A DNA stretch of 28,647 bases, taken from positions 1 to 28,647 of the IMG/VR virus record IMGVR_UViG_3300036833_000104, one strand, 5' to 3'. The stretch is from a virus. Lineage: Duplodnaviria; Caudoviricetes. Positions 1 to 6,952 of the stretch are shown here, piece after piece. The stretch's first letter is position 1. Each line of letters begins with the position of its first letter. Below the pieces are notes generated by a model. That model had not been told where the DNA came from. It did no database searches and saw nothing but the letters and a program-made list of their open reading frames with translations. Position numbers and translations under genes: made by a program.

Positions 1-58
1 CGAGCGGCCAAGACACAAGTCGCGCGCCGTGTCAAGCGATATTCTTGGCGTCAAGGTA

Positions 59-86
59 TTGACTTGTCGAGATGGGAGAGTATCTT
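59..86 (+). promoter_or_regulatory. Candidate sigma70-type early promoter
   Basis: TTGACT (59-64), 16-bp spacer, TATCTT (81-86), upstream of the structured leader and the DUF932 gene. Confidence 0.4.
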
Positions 87-188
87 AGTGCCGCCCCGTT
101 GTGGGGTGATGGGAGGTTGAGCCGACTCACTTGTCTCGCCCTAGTCCGGCCACATCGCGCGCCGCCGTCGCAAACTCGCATAGACCGC

Positions 189-317
189 GCCGCGCCGCTC
201 AAGTGCCCTGCACCGCTGAGTGACGAATGCCCTGCGCTAGAAGCGCTCGAGCGATGAAACGGGCCGCGTGAAACACGGCCATTGCAAGGGGTACGATTGC
301 GGCGCGGCAACGCGCCG
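189..317 (+). ncRNA. Candidate structured leader RNA (multibranch)
   Basis: Perfect 10-bp closing stem GCCGCGCCGC (189-198)/GCGGCGCGGC (299-308). Second stem GTGCCCTGCA/TGCAAGGGGTAC. Internal hairpins GCGCT-AGA-AGCGC and GGCCGCGTG-AAA-CACGGCC. Confidence 0.4.
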
Positions 318-329
318 ATTTCCTCTAGA

Positions 330-385
330 GCACTAGCAGTCTAAGCCGCGTCCAGTCGGCGCGGTTTAAGCGGCATAGTGCCGAA
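330..385 (+). promoter_or_regulatory. Intergenic stem-loop element, copy 1
   Basis: GCACTA-GC-AGTC-TAAGCCGCGTC-loop-GGCGCGGTTTA-AGCG-GC-A-TAGTGC, then GAAGGAG and GAACATG. Confidence 0.6.
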
Positions 386-404
386 ATTGAGAAGGAGTCA
401 GAAC

Positions 405-1430
405 ATGTCAGCTAACGTGCAATCTATGGCTTTCATCGGCGACCGCAACGACATCTGGCACCGCTTCGGCGAACAGATGCTTCCCGGCGAGCCGCTAGAG
501 GAATGGGCGCACCGCGCCGGTCTCGACTGGACGGCGGTAATGGTGCCCGCGCTTGCGGTGTTGCAAGGCGAGGCATTCGAGCATGTCCCGGCAGAGTCGC
601 GGATTGTGGAGGTTCCCGGTCAGCGCTTTCTTGCCCGGTCCGACAATGGCCACATCTTGGGCTACGTATCGGATGGATATCAGATAGTACAGCCAATCAC
701 TGTGTTGGAATGGTTTCGCGATTACATCGCGGACGATTCGCGGTTCCAGCTGGATGTTGCAGGAGTCCTTGGCCAAGGCGAACGGATATGGGCAACGGCC
801 AAGTTCACGCCGAACGGCGGCGACGGAATCACAGTCGCTGGCGAGCGGCACTTGGCGCGACTGCTTATGGCCACATCTTTCGACGGCTCACTGGCAACGC
901 GCAACAAAATCCTGTTAACCCGCGTCGTATGCCAGAACACGATGGCAGTCGGTCTCGGCGAAAAAACGCCGAACATAACGACGCGCCACAACACGCGATT
1001 TGACGCCGCCCGCGTCAAGCGCGAGCTAAGCAAGTTGGCAGCTGCTACCGAGCGCTTCAAGCTAATCGGCGATGCAATGGCGACGGTCCACCTGGACTCA
1101 AATGCCATGCTGTCGTTCTTCCGACAGTGCCTCGAAATCGCCGAGAGTGAAAAGCTCGAGGATATTTCGACTCGCAAACAGAATCAGCTAGCAGCGCTTG
1201 CGAGCGCGCATGACCGCTCGGTCGCGGAAGGCGCGGAAAAGTTCACGGCGTGGAGCGGACTCCAGGCTGTGACTCGTTACGCCGACCACGAACGATCGAC
1301 TCGCGGCGGCGAGAACGAGGACGCGGCGCGATTCGACTCTGCCAACTTTGGCAGTGGCGATCAGCTGAAACAGCGTGCAATGGGCATCCTGATGCCGCTG
1401 ATTAAAGACCGCGTTCCAGTCGCGGCGTAA
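405..1430 (+). CDS. DUF932 / TIGR03299 phage-plasmid-like protein
   Basis: Motifs WH..G, AGLDW, RSD..ILGYVS..Y..VQP, AG.L..G.RIWA, SFDGS, RVVCQNT, AW.GLQAVT.YADH. SD GAAGGAG precedes ATG 405. Confidence 0.9.
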   Translation: MSANVQSMAFIGDRNDIWHRFGEQMLPGEPLEEWAHRAGLDWTAVMVPALAVLQGEAFEHVPAESRIVEVPGQRFLARSDNGHILGYVSDGYQIVQPITVLEWFRDYIADDSRFQLDVAGVLGQGERIWATAKFTPNGGDGITVAGERHLARLLMATSFDGSLATRNKILLTRVVCQNTMAVGLGEKTPNITTRHNTRFDAARVKRELSKLAAATERFKLIGDAMATVHLDSNAMLSFFRQCLEIAESEKLEDISTRKQNQLAALASAHDRSVAEGAEKFTAWSGLQAVTRYADHERSTRGGENEDAARFDSANFGSGDQLKQRAMGILMPLIKDRVPVAA

Positions 1431-1485
1431 TTGCAGCTAAGGCGGCGCGGTAAGTCCCGCGCCTCCTTGTCGGCAATTCTGCCGA
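1429..1485 (+). promoter_or_regulatory. Intergenic stem-loop element, copy 2
   Basis: AATTGC-AGCT-AAGGCGGCGCGG-TAAGTC-CCGCGCCTCCTT-GTCG-GCAATT, then AAGGAG and GAACATG. Confidence 0.65.
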
Positions 1486-1510
1486 ATCTCAGCAAAACAA
1501 GGAGTCGAAC

Positions 1511-1777
1511 ATGCCCGCAAACCTAGCGGACTTGATTGCTTTGCAGCGCGGTAAAACTTGGCATGGCGTCAAACCGCCAACATGGCCCGCGCAACCGCCA
1601 GCGGAACCGCCAGCGGAACCGCCTACGCCTCCAGTTCCACATAGTTTCCAGAGCGCGGAATCGCCGCCGGACTTGGCAGCTGCATTCGCTAAGATCGACG
1701 AATTAACCGCACGCTGTGATGCCCTGATCGAGCGCAACGGCCGGTGGACGCGGTATGTGACGGGAGGCGAGTCATGA
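1511..1777 (+). CDS. Hypothetical Pro-rich protein
   Basis: SD AAGGAG. 12-bp tandem repeat AACCGCCAGCGG (1593-1623) encoding PPAE. Stop overlaps the next ATG. Confidence 0.7.
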   Translation: MPANLADLIALQRGKTWHGVKPPTWPAQPPAEPPAEPPTPPVPHSFQSAESPPDLAAAFAKIDELTARCDALIERNGRWTRYVTGGES

Positions 1778-1971
1778 TCGACAATCCGCACGTGAGAGCG
1801 GACACAACGTGTCCGCTCTGTTTACACGCCAAGGCTACTGGACTCGTTCTTTGCTGGCCTTGCCACAATGAGCAAAAGCGCTTTCACGATGGTGGGTACA
1901 GCGCACGAACAGAAGCACGAATCGCAACGCGTGAGCGGTATTTAGCTGTTCGGGCTCGACTCGGCAGCTAA
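1774..1971 (+). CDS. Small Zn-finger protein (CxxC...CxxC)
   Basis: MIDNPHVRADTTCPLC...LCWPCH. SD GGAGG and ATGA overlap. Confidence 0.75.
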   Translation: MIDNPHVRADTTCPLCLHAKATGLVLCWPCHNEQKRFHDGGYSARTEARIATRERYLAVRARLGS

Positions 1972-2044
1972 GACCGCGAGACCCCGTCCGACCTCGCCGA
2001 GCGCGAGGCCGAGCCGAGCCGAGGACTCCCCAGAAAATGGGCCG

Positions 2045-2095
2045 AAAAAAAAATCAAGAAAAAAAATTGACAAAAAAATTCAAAAAATTTCGAAT
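2045..2095 (+). promoter_or_regulatory. A-tract array with embedded TTGACA (possible UP-element promoter or bent DNA)
   Basis: Four A-runs at 2045, 2059, 2072 and 2082. TTGACA at 2067-2072, with a weak -10 (TCGAAT) 17 bp downstream. Confidence 0.4.
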
Positions 2096-2124
2096 CTACA
2101 ACCCCAAGCAGAAAGGACTGTGAC

Positions 2125-2523
2125 ATGTCACTAGAAGAAGCACTGAAAGTCGTGAAGCTAGCGGGCTTCCGAGTCTCCAAGCCTCGCGCGTCTCGCAAAA
2201 AGGATCGCGTTGGTCCGACGTTCGTTGCGCGCTTCGCGGACGGACAGGTCACGCGCATGTCGTGCTACTGCGATAGCGACGAGAAGCTAGACTGGCAAAG
2301 GGGCGAGCGGCTTTCAATCGCAGCGCATGTGTCGCGCCGCCGATACCTGATCCCCGCGCCGTTGCGCGATGCCGTGTTTCGAATGAAGCACGACTCGCTG
2401 ATGGACCCTACTCGACTCGCGGCTTACTGCGCACGGCGCTTTGAAACAACGCCAGCTATTCTAGAATGCTGGTTCGAGCGCGACGGTGTGCAGTTGGGCA
2501 CGCCTCTAGCGAAAGCTGCTTGA
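2125..2523 (+). CDS. Hypothetical protein
   Basis: 132-aa ORF with SD GAAAGGA; ends at the start of stem-loop copy 3. Confidence 0.75.
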   Translation: MSLEEALKVVKLAGFRVSKPRASRKKDRVGPTFVARFADGQVTRMSCYCDSDEKLDWQRGERLSIAAHVSRRRYLIPAPLRDAVFRMKHDSLMDPTRLAAYCARRFETTPAILECWFERDGVQLGTPLAKAA

Positions 2524-2572
2524 TTGCAGCTAGTGCCGCTCAAACCGGGCGGCACTGTCGGCAATCACGCCG
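2521..2572 (+). promoter_or_regulatory. Intergenic stem-loop element, copy 3
   Basis: TGATTGC-AGCT-AGTGCCGCTC-AAACC-GGGCGGCACT-GTCG-GCAATCA, then GAAGGA and GAACATG. Confidence 0.65.
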
Positions 2573-2588
2573 TAGAAGGAAATTGAAC

Positions 2589-2861
2589 ATGATTAGGACC
2601 ACAAGAAAACAACGTGAGGCGCTTTTCCGTGTGTTTCAACGGGATTTCCCCGGATGGATCACCCCGACCACGCGCCACAGCGGCACCTATTGCCCGCACT
2701 GCCACAACTGGAGCCGCGACGAGATAGTCAAAGTGCCTTCCATCCAATGGCGGCGGTTTCGCAAACAGGTCCAGGGATATTTCGACAGGTCCGGTTGCAT
2801 CATGCTGCCGTGGAAAGGGATGTGGCTGGGAATCGAGACAGATGGTTACACGCACAGCTGA
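2589..2861 (+). CDS. Conserved phage hypothetical protein (C-terminal WxGMWLGIExDGYTHS)
   Basis: ATG after SD GAAGGA. The C-terminus resembles a phage protein family I recall. Internal CPHC. Confidence 0.8.
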   Translation: MIRTTRKQREALFRVFQRDFPGWITPTTRHSGTYCPHCHNWSRDEIVKVPSIQWRRFRKQVQGYFDRSGCIMLPWKGMWLGIETDGYTHS

Positions 2862-2905
2862 CGTTCCAGTCGAGCGGCGCAGGACTTGCGCCGCTTCCTA
2901 GAACG
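2862..2905 (+). promoter_or_regulatory. Intergenic stem-loop element, copy 4 (divergent)
   Basis: CGTTC-CAGTC-GAGCGGCGCAG-GAC-TTGCGCCGCTT-CCTA-GAACG, then AAGGAG and AAACATG. Confidence 0.55.
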
Positions 2906-2931
2906 CCAACCCAAGCAAAAGGAGCTGAAAC

Positions 2932-3177
2932 ATGCGCGCTATCGAAGCACACGACCTCGAACTGTTCACAATCAACACAGGCGAGCTGTACCAGTATCAC
3001 AAGTTCCTCGCACCGTTTCCCGTCCGCGAGTGGCGCTTGCATCTGACCGACCGGGTGATCCCGCTCTACTCGCGGCAGGTGGAACCTGTCACCTATGACT
3101 GGGAGACCATCGCGAACGTGGCGCAGTCCTTGAAGGACTACTACCAGCGGCACGTCGCGGAAAGCGAGGGCCGATGA
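2932..3177 (+). CDS. Hypothetical phage protein
   Basis: SD AAGGAG, 81 aa, ATGA coupling to the next gene. Confidence 0.75.
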   Translation: MRAIEAHDLELFTINTGELYQYHKFLAPFPVREWRLHLTDRVIPLYSRQVEPVTYDWETIANVAQSLKDYYQRHVAESEGR

Positions 3178-3407
3178 AAAAGCTGAAAGCACCTCGCCCG
3201 CCTCTCAGCGCAGACGAGATATTCGAGCGCGGCCTCAAAATGGCGGACGCGCTCGACTCGCGGCTCGCGCGGGGTGAAATCACCGAGCGCGTCTACAGCG
3301 AGGCCATGCTGGACTTGGCCAAGTGGGCGCACTTGCAACACCGCAAAATAAAAGCGAAAAAAAATAAAAGAAAAAATCTTACCACTGGCGGCAATTCGCC
3401 GAGGTGA
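3174..3407 (+). CDS. Hypothetical protein with Lys-rich C-terminus
   Basis: SD GAGGG and ATGA overlap. The 3' end runs through an A-rich tract. Confidence 0.65.
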   Translation: MKKLKAPRPPLSADEIFERGLKMADALDSRLARGEITERVYSEAMLDLAKWAHLQHRKIKAKKNKRKNLTTGGNSPR

Positions 3408-3523
3408 GCATGGGCATCGCGGAGTCATGCCAAAGGGACGATGAAGCCGTGGCCCGCCAGTGGCGGTGGACATGTTCCACGCAATCGTCCCGACCCATGC
3501 ACCTATTCCAAGGAGATTGAGCT

Positions 3524-3697
3524 ATGGCCTACCGCTTCTACATGGTCTGCCCCAGCTGCAATCGGACAGCTGAGCGGATCGAGCTGCGATCCAAGCCAGC
3601 CCCGACTGTTTCCTGCGGGGACTGCCTGATGGATCGCACCGAGGTCGTCCACCTGAAGGTGGTCTCTTTCGAGGAGATCGGCGCTGAAAAAAAGTAA
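3524..3697 (+). CDS. Small Zn-ribbon protein (57 aa; not in ORF track)
   Basis: Manual translation MAYRFYMVCPSCNRTAERIELRSKPAPTVSCGDCLMDRTEVVHLKVVSFEEIGAEKK. SD AAGGAG. Confidence 0.75.
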   Translation: MAYRFYMVCPSCNRTAERIELRSKPAPTVSCGDCLMDRTEVVHLKVVSFEEIGAEKK

Positions 3698-3724
3698 AAA
3701 AATTCTGCCCACCGGAGTCCCAAA

Positions 3725-3928
3725 ATGAAACAGGTGATCCTCTTAGGTCGCTACCGGGTCTATAAGCACAACCGGCGCTGGATCGTGACTGCACAGCGCT
3801 CCCACGGCGATGCCTGCATCAGCTCGCACGCCTCGCAGGCCACCGCCTTGTCAGCTGCGCGCCGCTACCACGAATCCGATCTCGACAAGGATCGGCGCTG
3901 GGAGCAGCTGGTCAGGAGGTTCGTGTGA
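3725..3928 (+). CDS. Hypothetical protein
   Basis: SD GGAG and GTGA coupling to the next gene. Confidence 0.65.
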   Translation: MKQVILLGRYRVYKHNRRWIVTAQRSHGDACISSHASQATALSAARRYHESDLDKDRRWEQLVRRFV

Positions 3929-4356
3929 TCAAACAGACGACGTTCGCGCGATACAGGACGGCGCTCGAGCAAATAGCATCCGGCGCGCCGGAATCGGTAT
4001 CCATCGCTCAAGAAGCGCTGCGGTCGCGCAAACCACCGCCCAGCGATAAACCCAAGTTTCGCCCCAACGAGCGTAGGGAGTTGCGTCGAGAGAAAGTAAG
4101 AGCTCGCGATGAGCAGATTTATCTTTGCAGCGTGTGGGGAGAACCTGCGAAAGTTCTCGCCGACAGACACAAGATTTCCGTAAGCCGCATCCAAGGCGTT
4201 GTTGCCGAGCAAAAGTTCCGCGGGCAAATGGCATATCCCCGCTGCATCACCTGCGGACACTCTGGCTCAATGCACCATGACGACTGCCTATACAATCGTG
4301 GTCCTTGTGCGGAGTATCTTTGCGAGTGCTCCGCGATGGACGGGGGGTGCGATTAA
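3925..4356 (+). CDS. Putative HTH DNA-binding protein with Cys/His-rich C-terminus
   Basis: RDEQIY...GEPAKVLADRHKISVSRIQGVV resembles a Mor/sigma region-4 HTH. C-terminal CxxCGH...H..C...C...CxC. SD AGGAGG. Confidence 0.6.
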   Translation: MIKQTTFARYRTALEQIASGAPESVSIAQEALRSRKPPPSDKPKFRPNERRELRREKVRARDEQIYLCSVWGEPAKVLADRHKISVSRIQGVVAEQKFRGQMAYPRCITCGHSGSMHHDDCLYNRGPCAEYLCECSAMDGGCD

Positions 4357-4391
4357 AAATTGCGCCGCCTTCTGGGGAGGAGGCGGCGCAA
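4354..4391 (-). terminator. Intrinsic terminator-like hairpin (T-run on the minus strand)
   Basis: TTGCGCCGCCT (4360-4370)/AGGCGGCGCAA (4381-4391), perfect 11 bp, preceded by TAAAAA on +. Confidence 0.5.
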
Positions 4392-4464
4392 GATACCCAA
4401 ACCAACAGTAGGGACGCTGGCCAGAGGGCCTAGCCAGCGGGCAAACTATACACAGGAGGCCGGA

Positions 4465-4752
4465 ATGAGCAAATCGACCGAGGATGTAATCGAGGAGGTG
4501 CGGTTGCAGTTGCAGGGGATCACTGAGCTGCTGCACGAGCTTGATGAGTATCTCCGTCAATTCCAAGCGGCTACAGCAATGAGTCCAACTCCTGCCGCCA
4601 CGACAGCCGACTCCCGCCAACCCTACCTAGCCGGCCGACAGCCTCGCCGGGACGGAGACAGCTATGCTACGGTCGCGGCGTCAACGGTAGGAGGCGCGCA
4701 TGGCCACGATCAGGCAGGGTCTCTACGACCTTCTGAGCGCGGTCGAGGTTGA
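4465..4752 (+). CDS. Hypothetical protein upstream of terL (N-terminal coiled coil)
   Basis: SD CAGGAGG, ATG 4465 (MSKSTEDVIEEV...). Overlaps the terL start. Confidence 0.55.
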   Translation: MSKSTEDVIEEVRLQLQGITELLHELDEYLRQFQAATAMSPTPAATTADSRQPYLAGRQPRRDGDSYATVAASTVGGAHGHDQAGSLRPSERGRG

Positions 4753-6493
4753 CACAAAGGAACGCGGACGCTGCCACGTCGATCCTTGGCCTTCGCAGCG
4801 CCTTGTCATCGACGCCGTCGCGAAGGGCCTCAACGAAGGCGTCCACGAGTTCGTTGTCCTAAAATGCAGGCAAGTTGCGATCACCACGGTATGCAGCGTG
4901 ATCGAGCTGTTCTGGGCTCTCGCAAATCCTGGCGTACAGGGCGCGATCATTGCCGACCGCACGGACAACCTGGAGCGGCTGCGTCGAATCTTCGCGGCGC
5001 TGCTTGAGACTTTGCCGGACGAATGGCGGGGGTCGGAGCATAAGCTAGTTCAGAACAATCGGACGGGGATGGCTTTTGCGAATCGTTCGATCATCGACCT
5101 CCTAGCCGCTGCGAACAATCCCGACCTGGGCGCGTCTCGTGCTTTGAACATGATGCACGCGACCGAGTGTTCGCTGTGGCGCTCGCTCGCTGGCGTGGAA
5201 TCGCTCAAGGCATCGCTCGCGCGGCAGAACCCGCACCGCCTCTACATCTGGGAATCGGTCGCGAACGGCTTCAACTGGTTCTACAACTTTGTCCAACAGG
5301 CCAAACAGGACCGCCACATGCGGTTCATCTTTGTTGGCTTCTGGTCAAACCCTACCTACGCAATCCCGAAATCTGACCCCGACTACAAGATTTACTGGGA
5401 CGGCAGCTTGACCGAGGACGAGATCGCGCGGGCGCGCTTCTGCAAGCGTGAGTACAACGTCACAGTCAAACCAGAGCAGATCGCATGGTGGCGGCGCGAG
5501 GCTGAGTTTCGCGCCGAGGAGTACATGCTGCGACACTATCCCTGGCACGAGAGGGAATGTTTTATCGCTTCTGGTTCCGGCTTTTTCCCGGCCAAGCGCA
5601 CTCTCGAGATCAGTGAATCGCTCGCAGTCAGCCCGCCCTATCAGGGCTACAAGTACATTTTCGATGAGGGGTTCCTGTCGAGCCGCATCGAGCAGACTAC
5701 CGATCGCGACGAGGCAATGCTGAAAGTCTGGGAGCCGCCAGAACCGACCGGCGTCTATGTCATCGGTATCGACCCATCAGGCGGCGGCGGCGGGGAATCG
5801 GACGACCACGCTATCGAGGTCCTGCGCTGCTATGCCGACCGGGTCGTGCAAGTTGCCGAGTTCAGGTCAAACCGTCCACTTACATACCAACTCGCCTGGG
5901 TGTTAGCGCACCTTGCGGGAGCATACCGCGATCACCTTGCGAATCTTGAGGTGACGGGGGTAGGCGCAGCTGTGATCCCCGAGGTGCGCAATCTGCGTCA
6001 GCTTGCCGAGCGCGGAATTTTGCAAGGTGACACCCAAGCAGCCGGCATCCTAGACATGATCGGCGCGGTTCGCTGGTTTCTCTACAAGCGGCCCGACACA
6101 ATGGGCGGCGCCGGCAACGTGATCGCCTGGAAGCAGAATCAGGACAACAAGCGGCAAATCTACAGCGAGCTGCGCGACAGCATGATGCTGCGCCGCTTGG
6201 AGATCAGGTCGATTCGGCTTATCAACCAGATTCAAGCGATTGTAGAAGACGAGGGCTGGCTGGGAGCTGGGCCGGATACCGGCGAAAGCGATGATCTAGT
6301 CTCAGCTCTCGTTCTCGGACATCATGCCTGGATTGAGTGGAGGCGAGCTGGGTTGGTGGCACGCGGATTGACTTGGGACTCAGTCAAGGGCGAGCGGCCC
6401 CCACAGAATGTCGGGACGATGCTATCGTTTGCGTTCAGTCAGCATATGCAGTTCATCAATCGCAAGGCACGCGAGCGCAGGGAGACGTTTTAA
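4700..6493 (+). CDS. terL: Terminase large subunit
   Basis: Walker A-like VLKCRQVAITT, Walker B-like MMHATE, coupling motif WESVANG, RNase H-like nuclease motifs VIGIDPSGG and DDLVSAL. SD AGGAGG. Confidence 0.95.
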   Translation: MATIRQGLYDLLSAVEVDTKERGRCHVDPWPSQRLVIDAVAKGLNEGVHEFVVLKCRQVAITTVCSVIELFWALANPGVQGAIIADRTDNLERLRRIFAALLETLPDEWRGSEHKLVQNNRTGMAFANRSIIDLLAAANNPDLGASRALNMMHATECSLWRSLAGVESLKASLARQNPHRLYIWESVANGFNWFYNFVQQAKQDRHMRFIFVGFWSNPTYAIPKSDPDYKIYWDGSLTEDEIARARFCKREYNVTVKPEQIAWWRREAEFRAEEYMLRHYPWHERECFIASGSGFFPAKRTLEISESLAVSPPYQGYKYIFDEGFLSSRIEQTTDRDEAMLKVWEPPEPTGVYVIGIDPSGGGGGESDDHAIEVLRCYADRVVQVAEFRSNRPLTYQLAWVLAHLAGAYRDHLANLEVTGVGAAVIPEVRNLRQLAERGILQGDTQAAGILDMIGAVRWFLYKRPDTMGGAGNVIAWKQNQDNKRQIYSELRDSMMLRRLEIRSIRLINQIQAIVEDEGWLGAGPDTGESDDLVSALVLGHHAWIEWRRAGLVARGLTWDSVKGERPPQNVGTMLSFAFSQHMQFINRKARERRETF

Positions 6494-6495
6494 GA

Positions 6496-6951
6496 ATGCC
6501 AATTGTCAGAACCTACGCCTGTGCCGAGTGCAACCACATGATGGAAGTGGTGCTGTCGGCGGACGACTGGGACGCGCCGCCGCCAGAGTGCCCAATGTGT
6601 CAAGAGCGCGAAATGCGCCAAGAGTTCAAGCCGGTCGCCATCGGGGGATCGGTACGCTCGCGAGCTGCAGCACTTGCCGAAGACATCGCGGCAAACGACT
6701 ACCACGTTGCTGACATGCAGCGTGACAAGTACAAAACAGCGCCCACGGTCCGCTACAAGGATCAGACTGCCGGGGTTGTTCCAAGCACATGGGCTGGGGC
6801 GCAAGGGATGCTGGAGCAGGCGATCACCATTGGCCGCGATACCCGGCTCAGACACGGCAACGGTCTTGACGTTCTACAGAACGCTCTGAAAACTGGCGCG
6901 CAGCCAGACCTGATCGCAGCCTCGAAACGAAGGGCGATTAAGGTGTGGTGA
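6496..6951 (+). CDS. FmdB-like zinc-ribbon protein
   Basis: MPIVRTYACAECNH...PPPECPMC, located between terL and portal. Confidence 0.8.
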   Translation: MPIVRTYACAECNHMMEVVLSADDWDAPPPECPMCQEREMRQEFKPVAIGGSVRSRAAALAEDIAANDYHVADMQRDKYKTAPTVRYKDQTAGVVPSTWAGAQGMLEQAITIGRDTRLRHGNGLDVLQNALKTGAQPDLIAASKRRAIKVW

Positions 6952-6952
6952 C

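Noticed and set aside
216-290. Canonical hammerhead ribozyme
   Set aside because: The core reads GTGACGA or CTGAGTGA rather than CTGANGA, and no GUH/NUH follows stem III. Kept only as a generic structured-RNA candidate.
330-2905. CRISPR array or integron attC array
   Set aside because: The repeats are not identical, spacing is gene-sized, there are no GTTRRRY/RYYYAAC ends, and no cas or integrase gene is present.
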